Assembly: GCA_040954595.2 (NCBI GenBank)
Contig: CM082593.2
Coordinates: forward strand, 8,937,200-9,001,199
DNA from: Balanoglossus misakiensis
Lineage: Eukaryota > Animalia > Hemichordata
Direction: 5' to 3'
DNA length: 64,000 nucleotides
The notes beneath the pieces are model-generated. The model did not search any database. It was given only the letters and a program-made list of their open reading frames with translations, and was not told the origin of the DNA. A program made the translations under genes and the position numbers. Below, piece after piece: positions 40,201 through 53,995 of this stretch; the stretch's first letter is position 1, and every line of letters starts with the position of its first letter.

Positions 40201-43199
40201 AGATAAATTGTTCATCGGAATCACTGCTTATTCTTACTTCTGCATTACAAGTATTCTTAGTACTGCCATTGGTGGCGCCCTACACTTTCTCAGGTGTGCA
40301 AGGGCAAAGCATTTTGAATTAGACTTCCAACATGTTTTTGAGTGAGTTGAGCGCTAACATGTTGTTGTGACATAAATATTTGGCAAATGACAATGCAAAG
40401 TGGGTAGATTTGGGCAAAAATTTCCTCGTTCTATTAGTAAAGGTTGGTTCATGTCACATCATGAGTATTAAATTGACAATGTCTCTCTCTCGCTGCCCTT
40501 TTTCCATTAATTATGATTGATACAAGACACCATTTATTTTATTCTACATGTGGATATATAATGAATGACCGTTCGACCACACACAATTTTCATCCCGTTT
40601 GTATGATATGAGAGTAAAAACGCACCCAAAATGAATAAACATGGTAAAAACCAATTATTCATTTTGGCGAGTTTTTTCACTCTCGTGTGTAGAAGCAGGA
40701 TGGAAGGTGTGTGTAGTTGAAAGCCTCTAGAGCTGCCACTTTCTGCATTATTTTCATGATTTTATTTTCCAACTTAATTTGGTCCATCTAAATAAGCATA
40801 CTGATAGGTAAAAATGAACACCTTATCGATGCCCGATTGTGACAGCATGTTGCAATTTGAACACACTATGCATTAAACAGATGCCGCACCGATTTAATCA
40901 GCCTCCATACAAACAGTACAGCTATCGTGGTATGCGTCGCCAAGAGATGACAAACTGATGGAAATGCAAGTAATATGGCTTAATGGTGAGGATTTTAGAG
41001 GATAGGGAATATATTTGAAATATTTTACTGTGGAAAAAAATATGTGAAATTTGGCAGCTATTGGGGCTTGAATGTTCATTCACTACATAAAAACATGTAC
41101 ATTAACATAAACAGTATCTTGTACCAACATAATTAATGGCAAAAGGGCCACGAGAGAGACTTTGTCCCTTTAATTTGATTGTAATTGCACCAACATTCGA
41201 CGTGACAGCGAACATTTAGTTCCAAAGTTCAGTGATTTGTTTAACAAGATTGTGACAGCAGATGGTTGGTGCATCTGGTTGAATGAATATTGCATCGAAA
41301 GTGTATAAAAATTATGACAGCGACACATGGTTGCGTTGATGTTTAAATACAGTGTCAGTCTACAGCGAGTTCTACATGAATTTTGCAGTGTTCAATGTGT
41401 CTAATAAGACAATCAATTTGCACACAAAGCCATTCCGTCTACTTCTGCTACTGCGCCATCTGATACTGGCAGCCACATTCAAAATGCGTTTTTGATCGTG
41501 ATGTCCACTGCTACTGAAGTCGGTCTGCCTGACAATAGATTTTTCCCAAAAGCTATTACAATGATATTATTCAGCTTTTTGACGTACTTGGTGCAGACTG
41601 AAACAAATTAGACATGGCTACCGTGACCAGAATAATAGAATCTCACACACCCAAGGACCTGGGATCATATTTTTCACAAGAGTTTGGGATTTTCTGTCCG
41701 ACGAGTGCGAGAAATATGATCCCAGGTCCTTGGTGTGTGAGATTATATTTCTCAAACGGTCACAATTTAGCCAAATTCGTTAAAAACATTATGACTCTGG
41801 AACTGTTGTCTAGGCACGTTGTAGTCTCTGTCCCTTGCATACACATCGCGCCATTGGATAACATTTAGAGCTCATTTGCAAAAGAACGCTTTGTCAACCT
41901 ATCAGCGCTTAGCGTCAGATACAGCTTCCGATTCAGTGAAAGTATGGGATCAATTTGTTCTTACACTCCCAGTGTGCCAGGAGTGTGAGAGCAGTGTGTG
42001 TAGTGAGAGATAGTCTGTACAGTGTTGTTAGACCATCATGTAGAATGTGTAGAGACAGTAAAGAGGCCAAGACATGGGGCCAAAGTAAAATGAAAAAACT
42101 CTGATGCTAGGTCCCACCAGGACAATATTAAAGGATAATACTTAATTGTTGGATTTCAGTGATTTATTTTATTCTGAGAGCCTGTTAAATACTCAGAATA
42201 TATTGTGCAAACACCAACTGATATATAATGGCCTGTTTTATTGAAGGGGAAATATTGTATTGAATTCAGTTACAAGTACAGTACATGTATCAGAGATATT
42301 TCTGGTAAAAAGCAAAACAATTATCTCGCATTGTCTGCATCTGTGCAAATATGCCAGAGAACTGGTTTTACCTTCGGCCTAAAAATATTTAAAACATTGT
42401 TTTCGCTCACCGCTTCCGGAACAAGGTCCAAAACAAAAATCCAATGAACAAGATTTGTTTTTTCTCTGGCCTAACATCAATGTAACTGTTGGCCTCTTCA
42501 TTTTATGTAGATGGGAATTCATATGGGGTTTGTAAAGTTCCTTCAAACATTCAGAGTATGTCATTTCAAATAGATAAAAACATCAAATCGACGCACAACA
42601 TTTACAGTTATGGGAAAACTAACCAACATTCGAGCACAACTACCCAGAATATCAGACCTGCGTGAACGACGTCATCGACTGTGACAAGTTTTTCTAGTGA
42701 TGATATGAAATTAAACAACTGTTTAGTTCCGTGAAAATGGTCATGATAATTGACACTGATTGCATTACTTCAGATGACTAGTATGAAATGGGAAAAGATG
42801 GTCATTTCCACAGTATCTGGGATTACTCATTCTGTCTATTTCTGGGATGTTATTGGTCATTACTGCAAATTTCTGCTCATTACTGCTCGTCACAAGTTTT
42901 ACAAGCACCTAACAAAACACCCAGAGGTCATTTAGATTGGCACAAAATAATAAGTCCATAAAAACCGAGCATGAATCATTGTCGATCGTACTACTTGATG
43001 GATTCTTTGCATTACCTGGCATGTGTTCTGCAAAGACAATGCCTGGGGTTATAAAGGGTGTTTTATCACAGATGCTGTCTTTTGTGTCACATGCAGTCAA
43101 ATTACTCCCCATTTTACACCACCACCCCCAGCTCATCATTTATATATTCCTGTACGGCATCTGTTTGCTTTTTTCAGATATGAGACACTGGATGCCTAG
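33901..43199 (+). CDS. Multi-exon orphan gene, ~132-aa helical protein; may extend further 5'
   Basis: Exons 33838-33903, 36290-36328, 37601-37803, 39687-39818 and 43178-43199; GT-AG sites, compatible phases 0,0,2,2, no internal stop. Candidate upstream exon 31851-31917 is also open. Confidence 0.65.
33999..35176. mobile_element. Non-autonomous Academ-like foldback element
   Basis: TAGTG...CACTA termini, ATG on both flanks, ~400-bp inverted arms with ~122-bp subrepeats. Confidence 0.75.
36387..36597. mobile_element. TTAA-flanked Kolobok-like MITE, copy 2
   Basis: TTAA|AGGGAAGGGGT...ACCCCTTCACT|TTAA. Confidence 0.75.
37155..37370. repeat. (TATG)n/(GATG)n microsatellite
   Basis: Directly visible. 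Confidence 0.97.
38011..38497. mobile_element. Possible hAT-like MITE
   Basis: Imperfect TIR CATGGTTCGCGTTAG / CTAGCGCCAACCCTG; TSD not resolved. Confidence 0.35.
39259..39669. mobile_element. Degenerate MITE
   Basis: Imperfect TIR CTGCAGAACAGGTTATTTTCGCGAG / CTCACAAAAATAACATGTCTTACTG; internal CGCGAAAAT motifs. Confidence 0.5.
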
Positions 43200-43501
43200 A
43201 TGCTGGGTTGCAGGATGGCAGAGAATGATTGATCTCTATGCCAACTGGCAGTTTGATTCAGAAAGATGATTTGGACCAGAAGTCCAACTACCATGCAGAA
43301 ACTAGATGCTGTGTTGCAGGATGGCGAATATTGATCTCCATGCCAACCGGCAAAGAAATTCAGAAAGATGATTTGGACCAGAAGTCCAACTACCATGCAG
43401 AAACTAGATGCTGTGTTGCAGGATGGCGAATATTGATCTCCATGCCAACCGGCAAAGAAATTCAGAAAGACGATTTGGACCAGAAGTCCGACTACCATGC
43501 A
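43196..43501 (+). repeat. 102-bp tandem repeat, 3 copies
   Basis: CTAGATGCTG at 43196, 43302 and 43404. Confidence 0.9.
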
Positions 43502-43741
43502 GTCTCCATGATGTCTCATCCGTCAATAGAGGTCCACAGAGACATGGACTCCCAGCTTGCAGTGCTCACGGTAGTTTTGGGGGCATCCCTGGCATGCATT
43601 TTTATATATTTTTGTAAATTTAGTTAAGTTCGGTGTACACATCTGTCTTTGAACAGTTTATTTGTTTATATATGTATATTAAGTTATTTTGTTAGTTGTA
43701 GTTATTGTTAGTTATAGTATAGTATAGTTATAGGGAATTTA

Positions 43742-43788
43742 TGTTTGTTTTGTTTGTTTGTTTGTTTGTTTGTTTGTTTGTTTGTTTG
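43742..43788. repeat. (TGTT)n microsatellite
   Basis: Directly visible. Confidence 0.9.
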
Positions 43789-46700
43789 GTGTAAGTGTGT
43801 GTGTAATTCAAAGTGTAGGGTACCTGTATATAATACCATGGTCACACTGATAAAAATTTCAAACGTTTCAGAGACTCTATTTGCCTTTTGTAAACACAGA
43901 GAATTGATCCTTTGAGTCGCTTGTGTCCACACACACGGTTTATGTATAGACGCTGAGGCTCAGCCCCATAGACAATGGGTTGTTAATCCTTACATCAGGT
44001 CTGGCCGGCAAAGCCCTCTCAAAATTGATAACCAGTGATTCAAATTGCCCCTTTGACATCAAACCATCAATATTCAGATAAGATGTGAATTTTCTATGAG
44101 TTACAAAAATTGTTCTCATAATGTACAGAAAAGTTTACATTGGATCACTTAATCATTCAGCCATTCATTTTCTTTGATTTTGAATATATCTAGTTTTGTT
44201 TACACTTCCCTGACTGCGTGCTTTACGATAAACTAGTACACTTGACGTCAGGGTTACCATGTGCAAATGTCCACTACTGAGCTCGGACTAGGAATTCTTG
44301 AGCATTCAGAAAAAAAAATCTCTACATTTAAAACAAAAATTTGCTCATGCAATCTGTTTACACATGGTTCCATGACTGTGGGTTTTATGATACACATTTT
44401 CATTGATTTGTTTCACAGTATAATCTAATGTGGCTATTGGTCCATATTGGATGGTATTGTGAAGTGTTGTTTGCAGTGAGGTTTGATACAGCTCCCAGCA
44501 GACGCCACTTTGTGTGAATTTCTTCAAGTCATCGCCAATTTGTCCTTTTTGTGGGTTATTTGTTTGGTGTTATGATTTCGCCCCTTGAACTGTCGATCCA
44601 GTAGAGACAGTGTCATTAACAATGGATTGCCTTGCATAACTTGATGAGGAGAGTCCATGGAAAGTCAGTTTTATTCAAGAACTAGATTAGTTGGAGCCTT
44701 GGAAGACTACATCATAGAATTTGTAATGATAACCGTTGACCCTTTGATACAAGGTGTCTGTAATGAATTTGGAGTCGCTTTGAGATGAAAATTCAGAAAA
44801 TGTGGACCATGACATTGAGAGTTCGTCCCTACAATGATTGGAAAAACATGTGCTAATTATAGAACATACGTAAGAGAGTATGTTGAACAACATCTTTGGA
44901 GAACATATAAACAGAGTATACTGCTTTGTATTGCCTTGTTAGCCTTTGTGTAAATTACAGGCTCTTGCTTCTAATACTTGTGTAAAACATTTTGCTTCAC
45001 CCACACTCATAGTGGGTGTATGGTTTGGGTGCTACTACTACTTTCATACTCCTATGGCCCATGTGTGTCCTGACTTCAATATTGCAGAATCTTGTATTGG
45101 AAATGCAGCTTTATGAGGCATGGAGCCACCGGCCCAGCTGTAGTATTTGCAACCTTGTCCACTTAGCATTGGTTCGTATTTACATATTATAACTGCTGTC
45201 TTGAAATCTAGCAGTATCACTTGAAGGAGGTTAGTAGCATTGTACTGAGAACACTTGTTCAGTAACTCTTGGAGTCTATATAGTGAATTATTTTGCTCCT
45301 ATAGTGGAATATTTCAGCAGATTTCCCACTCCAACAGACAAAAAAGGGTATTTATCCCATCACTGATTTTACCGAATATGGAAGTGAATGGCTGACGATC
45401 TGTAATAGACATGCTCTATCACACTGCTGACTTCTGCACCGGGGCTTCTGGGATACAGCTATGTCACATATATACCCCTATTCATCAGAGGCAAGTGTCT
45501 AGCATGCCATTTGGGGATGCAGCAATCATGGATCACCACAGGGTCCCACCCTGGAGGACAGTTCAACTTGGCATTCAGCTCACAAGGCAGAAATGTGTAC
45601 TTATAGCAAATGGGTTTCCCATTGGCTGCCAATATGCCATGTCACTTTAATTTTTAGTAGTTGTCAGAATTCCTTCTTCCTTGTCGCAAGTGGCATACTA
45701 TTCTTTCCACATTACGAAACTATCATTTTATAGGTTACCGGTATACATGTACATGTGCGTGTACATATGATATTATCGAGGTGCAGGCAACACCTGTGGG
45801 GTATACGTCCACCTGTGATCACTAAGATACATCTTTCAGCTAGTATACAGCCTCTGATCATAGTGATCATCTTCCTTGTGTCTTTACTAATGAAACACAC
45901 CATTTACCGGTGTTGTCATTGATATCTCTGATATTGTCAGCTCTGTCAAGTTGTGGGCAGCTTCATCTTTCTGAGACCTCTGGTCATCTGAACTTGATGA
46001 CAACTTTTTGACCTAAATCCGTAAGTTTCAATGGGATCTTATGCATATTGCTCAGGCCAAATCACTCAAGTGTAAAACAATTTCCATCAAAGACGTTACA
46101 CATTGGGGACATGCCTCAAAATACAGTGAAATGTATGGTGACAATCACCTGACAACCTTCGTGCTTCACTACAAGTCTTGATTTGCATCAGACCATTTTT
46201 TCTGCATGCCTGGCAGTCCAGTGTCGTGGGAATTAACCCCTGCACATAAAACTGAGCTTCATGCAGTTCTGTCTTTTACTATATCACCAGAAAGCACATA
46301 GCCTTATCCATTCAAGTAGTGTTAGTAGACAAGAACAGCCAATACCACATCAACCGACCAGGCACGAGCTCTGTTTAATTATTCTCTCAAATCCTTTTAT
46401 TACTCATGTACGCACTGGATCCTGTTCCCTCAGCCAATCCATTCGCAGTTTGTAATCTAAATATGTATTAGTTTTCTTTTCTCTTTACTATTGTCTATGG
46501 TTCTTGGTATGTGTTGAGATGGTTTTAACAGCTGTGACTTATCTCTATTGGCGGAGGCAAGTGTCTGACTGATTGGCATTTTCATGATACACACAATTTG
46601 AAATAATGTCAAGGGAGCCAAGAAAAATACTTTGCCAGGAGGATGGGTCAGGTCAGAACACTCTATTCCACAAAACTATTTGAGCTAGACCTTCAACTCA

Positions 46701-47169
46701 TGCTTTCAACCCTATGCTATCTTATAGCAGGCTCCCAGATCCACTTGTTTCTCACCATGTGATGAATATTTGTCCAGCCATGAATCATTGCTCCTCAGGA
46801 ATTATGAATAGTCAGGCCATTATAGCAAGAGTGCAGTGGAGAGTGCATTGTACTTCACCAAGGCATATACTGGAGATCATGCCAGCTCAGGTGGATGGTA
46901 TATACCTCACCAGGAGACCAATTTACCTTATGCAGTTTGTTAGCTCAGATCTTTGTTCTTCTTAATCACAAAGCCCTCCTACTTTGGGACTACTGGACGC
47001 AGAGTATTACTAAGTATGACACTGATGTCCACATCTACATGCAGTGTATGTGTGGTGAGTACCTTAATGTGTACAGTACAGCAGTGGATCTTGGAGCACC
47101 TATGAGGAACATAAGCTCAATACCCTTTCACATGTTCTGCCTGTGACGTATCCTGGATGTGAAATATCA

Positions 47170-47700
47170 AGACAAAGTTACTAACACCACTGTCCTGAAG
47201 AGAGTTGGAATTTCTAGCATGTACCTGGTACAGTCTGCTGAAGCAGAGACACAATACACTGGCTTGGCAATGTGCTCATAGATGATGGGTGGATCCTAAA
47301 AGACCTCCTGTACGGCGCAAACTGACACTTAATGGCAAACAGACCTGACAGTTACACCACAGGGATGTTTGCAAAAGAGACACAAAGTCTCTGGACATCA
47401 ACACAAACTCTTGGGAGTCTAAAAATTAGCCTCAGACCGAATGACCTGAAGACAAGTGGTTGGCAACGGCTCTCCAACTTTGAAGAGACACTCGCCAAAA
47501 TGTGCGGAGTCAAGAGACAGAGAAGGAAGGCATCAAGCCAGACAAACAGCTCCTCCTAAGCCTTCACCTGTTTAAAGTATCAGAGAGACAGTCATTCTCA
47601 CATTGGATTGACTAGTCACACCTGATGCTGTTCCAGATCTAGACCAGCATCCCAGCATGAAGATCCAATTGATCTCTCAAGACTGAAGGATGCCAACTGA
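47170..47700 (+). mobile_element. 3' fragment of an RTE-clade LINE
   Basis: Decayed WLGNVL..DGWILKDLLYG, RDVCKRD, KRQRRK and SHIGLTSH motifs. Confidence 0.6.
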
Positions 47701-48057
47701 ACGCACCTCATCCGTACTGCCTCCACATTGTAGTACTGTTTCATCTAGTGGAACACACACTGAAGGGAATGTATTGAGCACTTCACCAGCTATCCCATAC
47801 ATCTTCATTATAAGGATGATTTCTTTACTTCTGTCTCACTTTAGAGAGGGGAAATTTACACAAAGGCTATTATTAGGGACAACTACAGTATACTGTTTTT
47901 AGGATAAAACTTTTCCATGAATGTGAGTGATGGTTTTCAAAAGTCACACAACCTATGAATCAAGGCGTTATAACCCACCTCATCTGACTTTGAAACAGAC
48001 ACAAAAGAAATGTTTACAACAACATCAAGAATAATATGTACAGACATGTACATGTAT

Positions 48058-49572
48058 CAGACCCACCAATAAGTATTTACGCACCCACGTTCTGCAGTGA
48101 AAACATTTCAGAAACATGAAATAACACACCTTGCAGACAGTTTTTAGCAAAAATTCAAATATTTTTCATAAATTCACGAGAAATAACAGTCATACAACAA
48201 AAATCTTTCATCTGCGATTAAATTTGAGCGAGAAATATCAACGTAAAAATAGATGTGCGACGGAGTCAGCGAAACATTCCATTCTCTATGGGAACAACAA
48301 TGCAAAGAACGTCATGAATATTCATGAGGTGAAATCGAACGAACCAAATGTCAATAATGGATATGTCCACCCCTTCGCCTAATGACCTCTCGCTGGTGCT
48401 TCGGCATAGCTTCGACGAGTTTCCGACACATATTTTGCAGGAATTGTTCCCAAGATGTTACTATGCGATTAAATAGGTCGTTGATGCTGTGTATTGGACG
48501 GGAATGAACGTCCAAGTCGATTAACTCCCACAGGTTTGCGATGGGGCTCAAATCAGGAGACTAGGCTGGTCACTCCAACGATGTAAAATTGTCGAACGGA
48601 TAGCCGTAATCCTGGGGATTTTGCAGAAATGATTTCACATCCAAGGCAGTATGTTCGGGGGCATTATCCTGTTGGAACACAAAATCACAAACAACCTGGG
48701 ACCACTGAACAGGTGTCTGGTTGACGTAACGCGGGGCAAAACGTCACGCTGCATTGTGCCGGGGTTGTAATTTCGGCTTTTTCTTGGCCACACATCCACG
48801 GAGTCTGACTCTTCTATACAATCTGGATTTGATTGTGCTCATACTCAAAAGTTTCCCGGTGTCCTCATAAAATTTAGCGCGGAGGTCACGGGCCGTCTTG
48901 AATCTGTCTGTCAGACTTGATCTAATCAACATTCGGTCTTCCCGTTCCGTTGTTCGTCTTTGCCGTCCAGATCGATGTAAATTGTCCGTGCTACCATTTC
49001 GAACAAGTTTCCGAATGTTGTACCTGACGCTGCCTTTGATGATTCCAAACTTCCTTGCAATTTCTCGGTTTCTCAAACCTTGCCTATGCAGTGCCTCAAT
49101 TTGACCTTTCACAAATCTAGGAAGTTCGCGAACTTTAAGCATGATTTCACTTATTCACTGTTTACAAACAAAAATTATGCAGCAACCTCCGACGACCTTG
49201 ATCAGAATATTCATAAGCAAATCTGGCAGATTTTCCCGCTCCAAAATTTAATCAGAATTATATTTAAAAGGTCTGATTGGTGGAGATTAAAATATGAATA
49301 GAGGGAAATTAGCCATGGACACAATGGCTCGAAAAGTTAATGAAAATGAGTATACCGCCATTGCAATAATCATAGGAAATTTCACTGGCCGAAAAACACG
49401 CCGCGTATGCAGTCATATTCGGCGCGGCAACACATCTGTGTTGACTAAAATGGGTTAAACCTTCCGTAGGTTATTTATTTTCGGAAATAAGTTACAGTCG
49501 ATCGATTTTGTGAATAATTTTTTATAGCAAACGTTCATGGTCAAGGTGCGTAAATACTTATTGGCGGGTCTG
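48058..49572 (-). mobile_element. Tc1 transposon, internally deleted
   Basis: TIR CAGACCC(A/G)CCAATAAGTATTTACGCACC with TA flanks; HTH ORF 48744-49142; FQQDNAPEHT and SPDLSPIANLW; the first catalytic D region is missing. Confidence 0.92.
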
Positions 49573-52451
49573 TATATATAAAGCCTCTCTAAAGCCAGTG
49601 AATGAGACCTGGTATACTTGACAAATGAAAAATAACAGCATCTGGCAGTCATGCACACATGTTCACTTTTGTCATATAATGTAAAGCCAAACATAATTTC
49701 GCAAACAAATTTGCACTAGAGATTGTAGCATCCTGCAATGTGTTGCAAGTAAATTCGCTGAAAATATAATGTAATAGCTAGACACTCATAAAATGAAATC
49801 ATACGCTTTGTATGGAATGTTACGTTTGTCACAGACTACATGCATCGTCTTGGTGACTGAAATTCAACAGCACATGCATCCATTTTCGCTGTTTATTAAA
49901 AAAATTGTGCATTTATCAGAGGTTGTGTTTACGCAAAAATTATGTATTTTTGACGCCAAAATACTCATTTGACGTGAAAATCTTAATAAGTGCATCAATA
50001 TTGAAACATAGGAATGGCCTCTCTATTTGCACAATGGTCAACGTAAACCATACGCATACCGCTCACTACCCCTGGGATCAAAATAATCACTTGCGTGCCC
50101 GACCTTTTGTACTCAAAATGTAGCTAATTTTGTTTGATGAATTTTGAATTAGACATGTGTACGACGCAGGCTAAATAAAAGGAGTTTGACACATTTTTTT
50201 ATGAATGCATCAAAAATACACACTCAAAAAAAATGTTATCGCGACCTCTGTTTATTATCAAATACATTCAAATCTACATATTAGTGGTGTTACATATCTT
50301 CAACCTCGATTAAAAATATTTGTAAAAGTACAAAGGCAAGTATGGAGCATAATGATAATCACCAAAATTCAGCTAGACAGATAAAAATACAAATTGTTAT
50401 TTCATCAGGTAAAATTCCTCAAATTTACAAGTAAATTGGTAAATTATCAGTGTTTCAGCCAGCTTTTGAAAGCACACAGTACTAGAAATATCTCATGATT
50501 CATTCTGATTTGTACCAACAGATAATCCTCAATCAAACCAGGCATAGTTCACATGTGAACAGAGAATTGTAGATCACTAATACCAAGTTCGAGATCGTAC
50601 TTTTAAGGCAAATCTTACTGTGAATAACCATTTCAAATTATTTTTAAAATTATGCATTATTGAGAGAGGAGATACTAATTTTATAAAATAATCAAGCAAT
50701 TGCATAGCCAGCTATACAAAGAAGTTTGAAGTAACACAGGGACACTTGAAATACCCGTTCAATCAAACAAAAAATGATTTTTCTATTGACAGAACAAAGG
50801 AAATTTGCATGTTAACTTTCAACAGAGACTGGCCACCCCAGTTAGTCATTGCTTGTTTCCCCTAAAGTGTGACATTTGCAGTACATGAATATCTAGATTC
50901 CTATGGCTTCTAATTTTGATTTTGAAATTTTCACTCTAATTGCTTAACATACTTTTCCTAGATAAAAATAAATATATTTCTATGTACTTCATATCATTGT
51001 TAGCATGTAAAAAAGAAAAAGTTATTAAATGGGCAACGTTCAATGATACAAATCATGGAGAATTGTGGGTAAAATATTGTACTGTGAAGCTTGGGAACAT
51101 TGTGACCTGCAGTAGGTTATAAAGGGGGACAAATCATATTTTCGGGGGACAATATATCAGGACAGGGTTCTCCCTGGGAGTAATCATAGATTCAGGGCTA
51201 ATTTCCATAAAATTTACATAATCATAGCTTCTTTTGGACATCACTAAGGCCCCTCAACATCGATATAAAATATTTAATATTATAGCTTTATCAAGTGAAT
51301 TTTGTGACGTCATAGCTGTAAATTATTACAGATAATGTATCGTGTTATGACGTGGACGCGCGACACACTCAAGAACCAGCCAGACGTGGACAATTTCTGA
51401 CTGAATAACGGAGCTTTCAAACAATGCGAACATATTAAGGGCTAAAAAAGAAATGCAAATATACACAGAATAAATACAATGTACTGCGATATTTATTAAT
51501 TTTAAATCTGACCTTGACTAGCGATTTGTTTATTTTTTTCTTCCTAATGCGGCACTACATGTCATCTGCTCTTGAATCACGCGCAGTTTTCAACATGGCT
51601 CGGTCCCACACGTAAAGCAAACCTCTCGATGATACTGGAATTGACATTCGTTCACCATACATACCGTGTACCATGTACCAAGCAGTCATGTCAACAAAGT
51701 TATACGTAAAAAGTGATGCCGCAATTGTCACTGTTATGTTGTCTACGCGGTATGGAGGGTCGATCGAGGGCGAGATTGTTTATGTAATGCAACCTTTCGA
51801 GCACTCGTATACGTGAACTTTCTTGAGAACGCCAATGAATGCAAATATTGCCTGAGTCCTCACCAAGATTTCACAAAAATCTAAACTTTTTCAAATATAT
51901 TTCAGCAGAACCCTTAAATGAATTTTTGCATGCGTTAATAAACCTTCATTATTTATTTCCTGATGTTTGAATATGATACTAGAAATGTACAGTACATGGA
52001 TTGACTGCAATCAGCTGATCTTATGTTTACGCCATTCCTCTGTTTTTGATATCTGTGACCGAGTTTTTCTGTGATTTTTTTTTTTTTTGGGGGGGGGGAA
52101 AGATCAACATTCAGGATTAGATTAAAGGTACATGAGCTGCAACTGGATAAAAATTTTAAGTTTTAAATAATCCCATATATCCTTTGAATTATGTCTATTA
52201 AATGATATTTCATAATAGTATATATCAAGATCACTTATTTTGGACAAAATGGCCAAAAATTAAAGAAAATCGAAAATTCCTGCAATATTGCGATCAAAAA
52301 TGAAAATGTAATGTCCCAGCGGAGTACATTTACTTCCACAGTTGTAGTGGATGAGATCATGCTTCGTTTATGAAATTATATAGTGGGAAATGCAACGTTT
52401 TCCTTGTTTCTAGCATTTTTTCACGGTGGTGACCATGTTCATTTGCAGTTT

Positions 52452-53995
52452 ACTGGCCCTGGGCTGCTGTTAATTTTATAAGCCTGTGCAGACGCCCAGA
52501 CACATGGCATGACCTCCAACAAAAGTTGCTTCATCTTTTGTCATGTTTAGCTGATTTGTTAACAATGCGCACACGCGCTCAGTGCGTTGCTTGTGTTACT
52601 AGGCTATTGATGCTATTTACAGGACGCCTGTCTAAAGATAACTTGTGCACTGAATGAAATGGCAGCGCACTGCTCTTGACAGCGTGCACAGCTGCGTTGC
52701 TTCTTTGGTGATTCAATCCGTTGAAGGTGTGAAATCACTCAGTTGTGTTCACTAATTGTCAAGAATTAAAAGGAAGTAGCAAGTTACAGTGAAAGCAAAG
52801 GTGGATGCACAGCAAAAGTATGGGAGGTGACAATCTGTCATATTGTTGTTCACTCAGTAAGAATGTGTCACGGTGACCCATGAAGATTTATTTTGTTGTG
52901 ACAATCCAATATTTATTGCATCAAATGTCGCAAGGCCGCACGCAAGCTGAAACACTGTATATTGTTTTATTTCTATCATTTGTGATTTTAGATAGTATTA
53001 ATAGTGTTTTAAACACAGAGAGAGCACCTATTTAGGATTCTTAGCCACAAATTTGTTTTTCCAACTGATTATCTGAAATTTTACAAAGCAAAGCGGATAG
53101 TTCTGATAGACAGACAAAAGCTACTTGTATGATAAAATTATACTGTTACCAAGTGAAGGAATGTCTTGCTTGTGTCTAGAAATCACAAATTATCACAGTC
53201 TACTGGTTAGGACCTTGCAGGCCTTCAGATATTCGGATGACTGCTTTCAGGACAGTTACACTTGAACATTGCAGCCTTCTATTGCAATTGCACCTTAATC
53301 TTTAACCCCAATCTAACCTCTAACATTAACCTCTAACCTCTAACCACTAACCTTAATAGCAGGCAGGAATGTCCACGTTTTCTGTCCTTGAAGTTGATAC
53401 CCTCTGAATATTTGGCAAAAGTCAGATTGTCTTTACACTTAAACAAAAGTGCCAATGTTGTATGACTGCCTACCAAATATGCTCTCTCTTTCAGTGTTTC
53501 AGCTAGCGTGCGGCCTTGCGACATTTGACGTAATAAATGTTGGATTATCGCAACGGAATAATCTTCATGGGTCACTGTGATGCATTCTTCCTGAGTGAGC
53601 AACAATGTGACTGATTGTCACCCCTGTACTTTTGCTTTGCGTCCACCTTTGCTTTCACTGGAACTTACTACTCCCTTTCAATTTTTGATAATTTAGTGAA
53701 CACAACTGAGTGATTTCACACCTTCCACGGCTTGAATCACCCTAGAAGCAACGCAGCTGTGCACGCTGTCAAGAGCAGTGCGCTGCCATTTCATTCAGTG
53801 AACAAGTTATCTTTAGACAGGCGTCCTATAAATAGCATCAATAGCCCAGTAACACAAGCAACGCACTGAACGCGTGCGCGCATTGTAACAAATCAGCTAA
53901 ACATGACAAATGATGAAGCAACTTTTGTTGGAGGTCATGCCAAGTGTCTGCGCGTCTGCACAGGCTTATAAAATTAACAGCGGCCCAGGGCCGGT
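52452..53995. repeat. ~420-bp inverted repeat pair
   Basis: 52452-52880 is the inverse of 53570-53995. Confidence 0.85.

Noticed and set aside
44600-46200. Gypsy pol/RNase H remnant
   Set aside because: Only a faint DNHLTTFVL resemblance near 46140; too decayed to support.
53300-53352. Interstitial telomere
   Set aside because: Short, degenerate TAACC(T/A)C run inside a repeat, not a canonical TTAGGG array.
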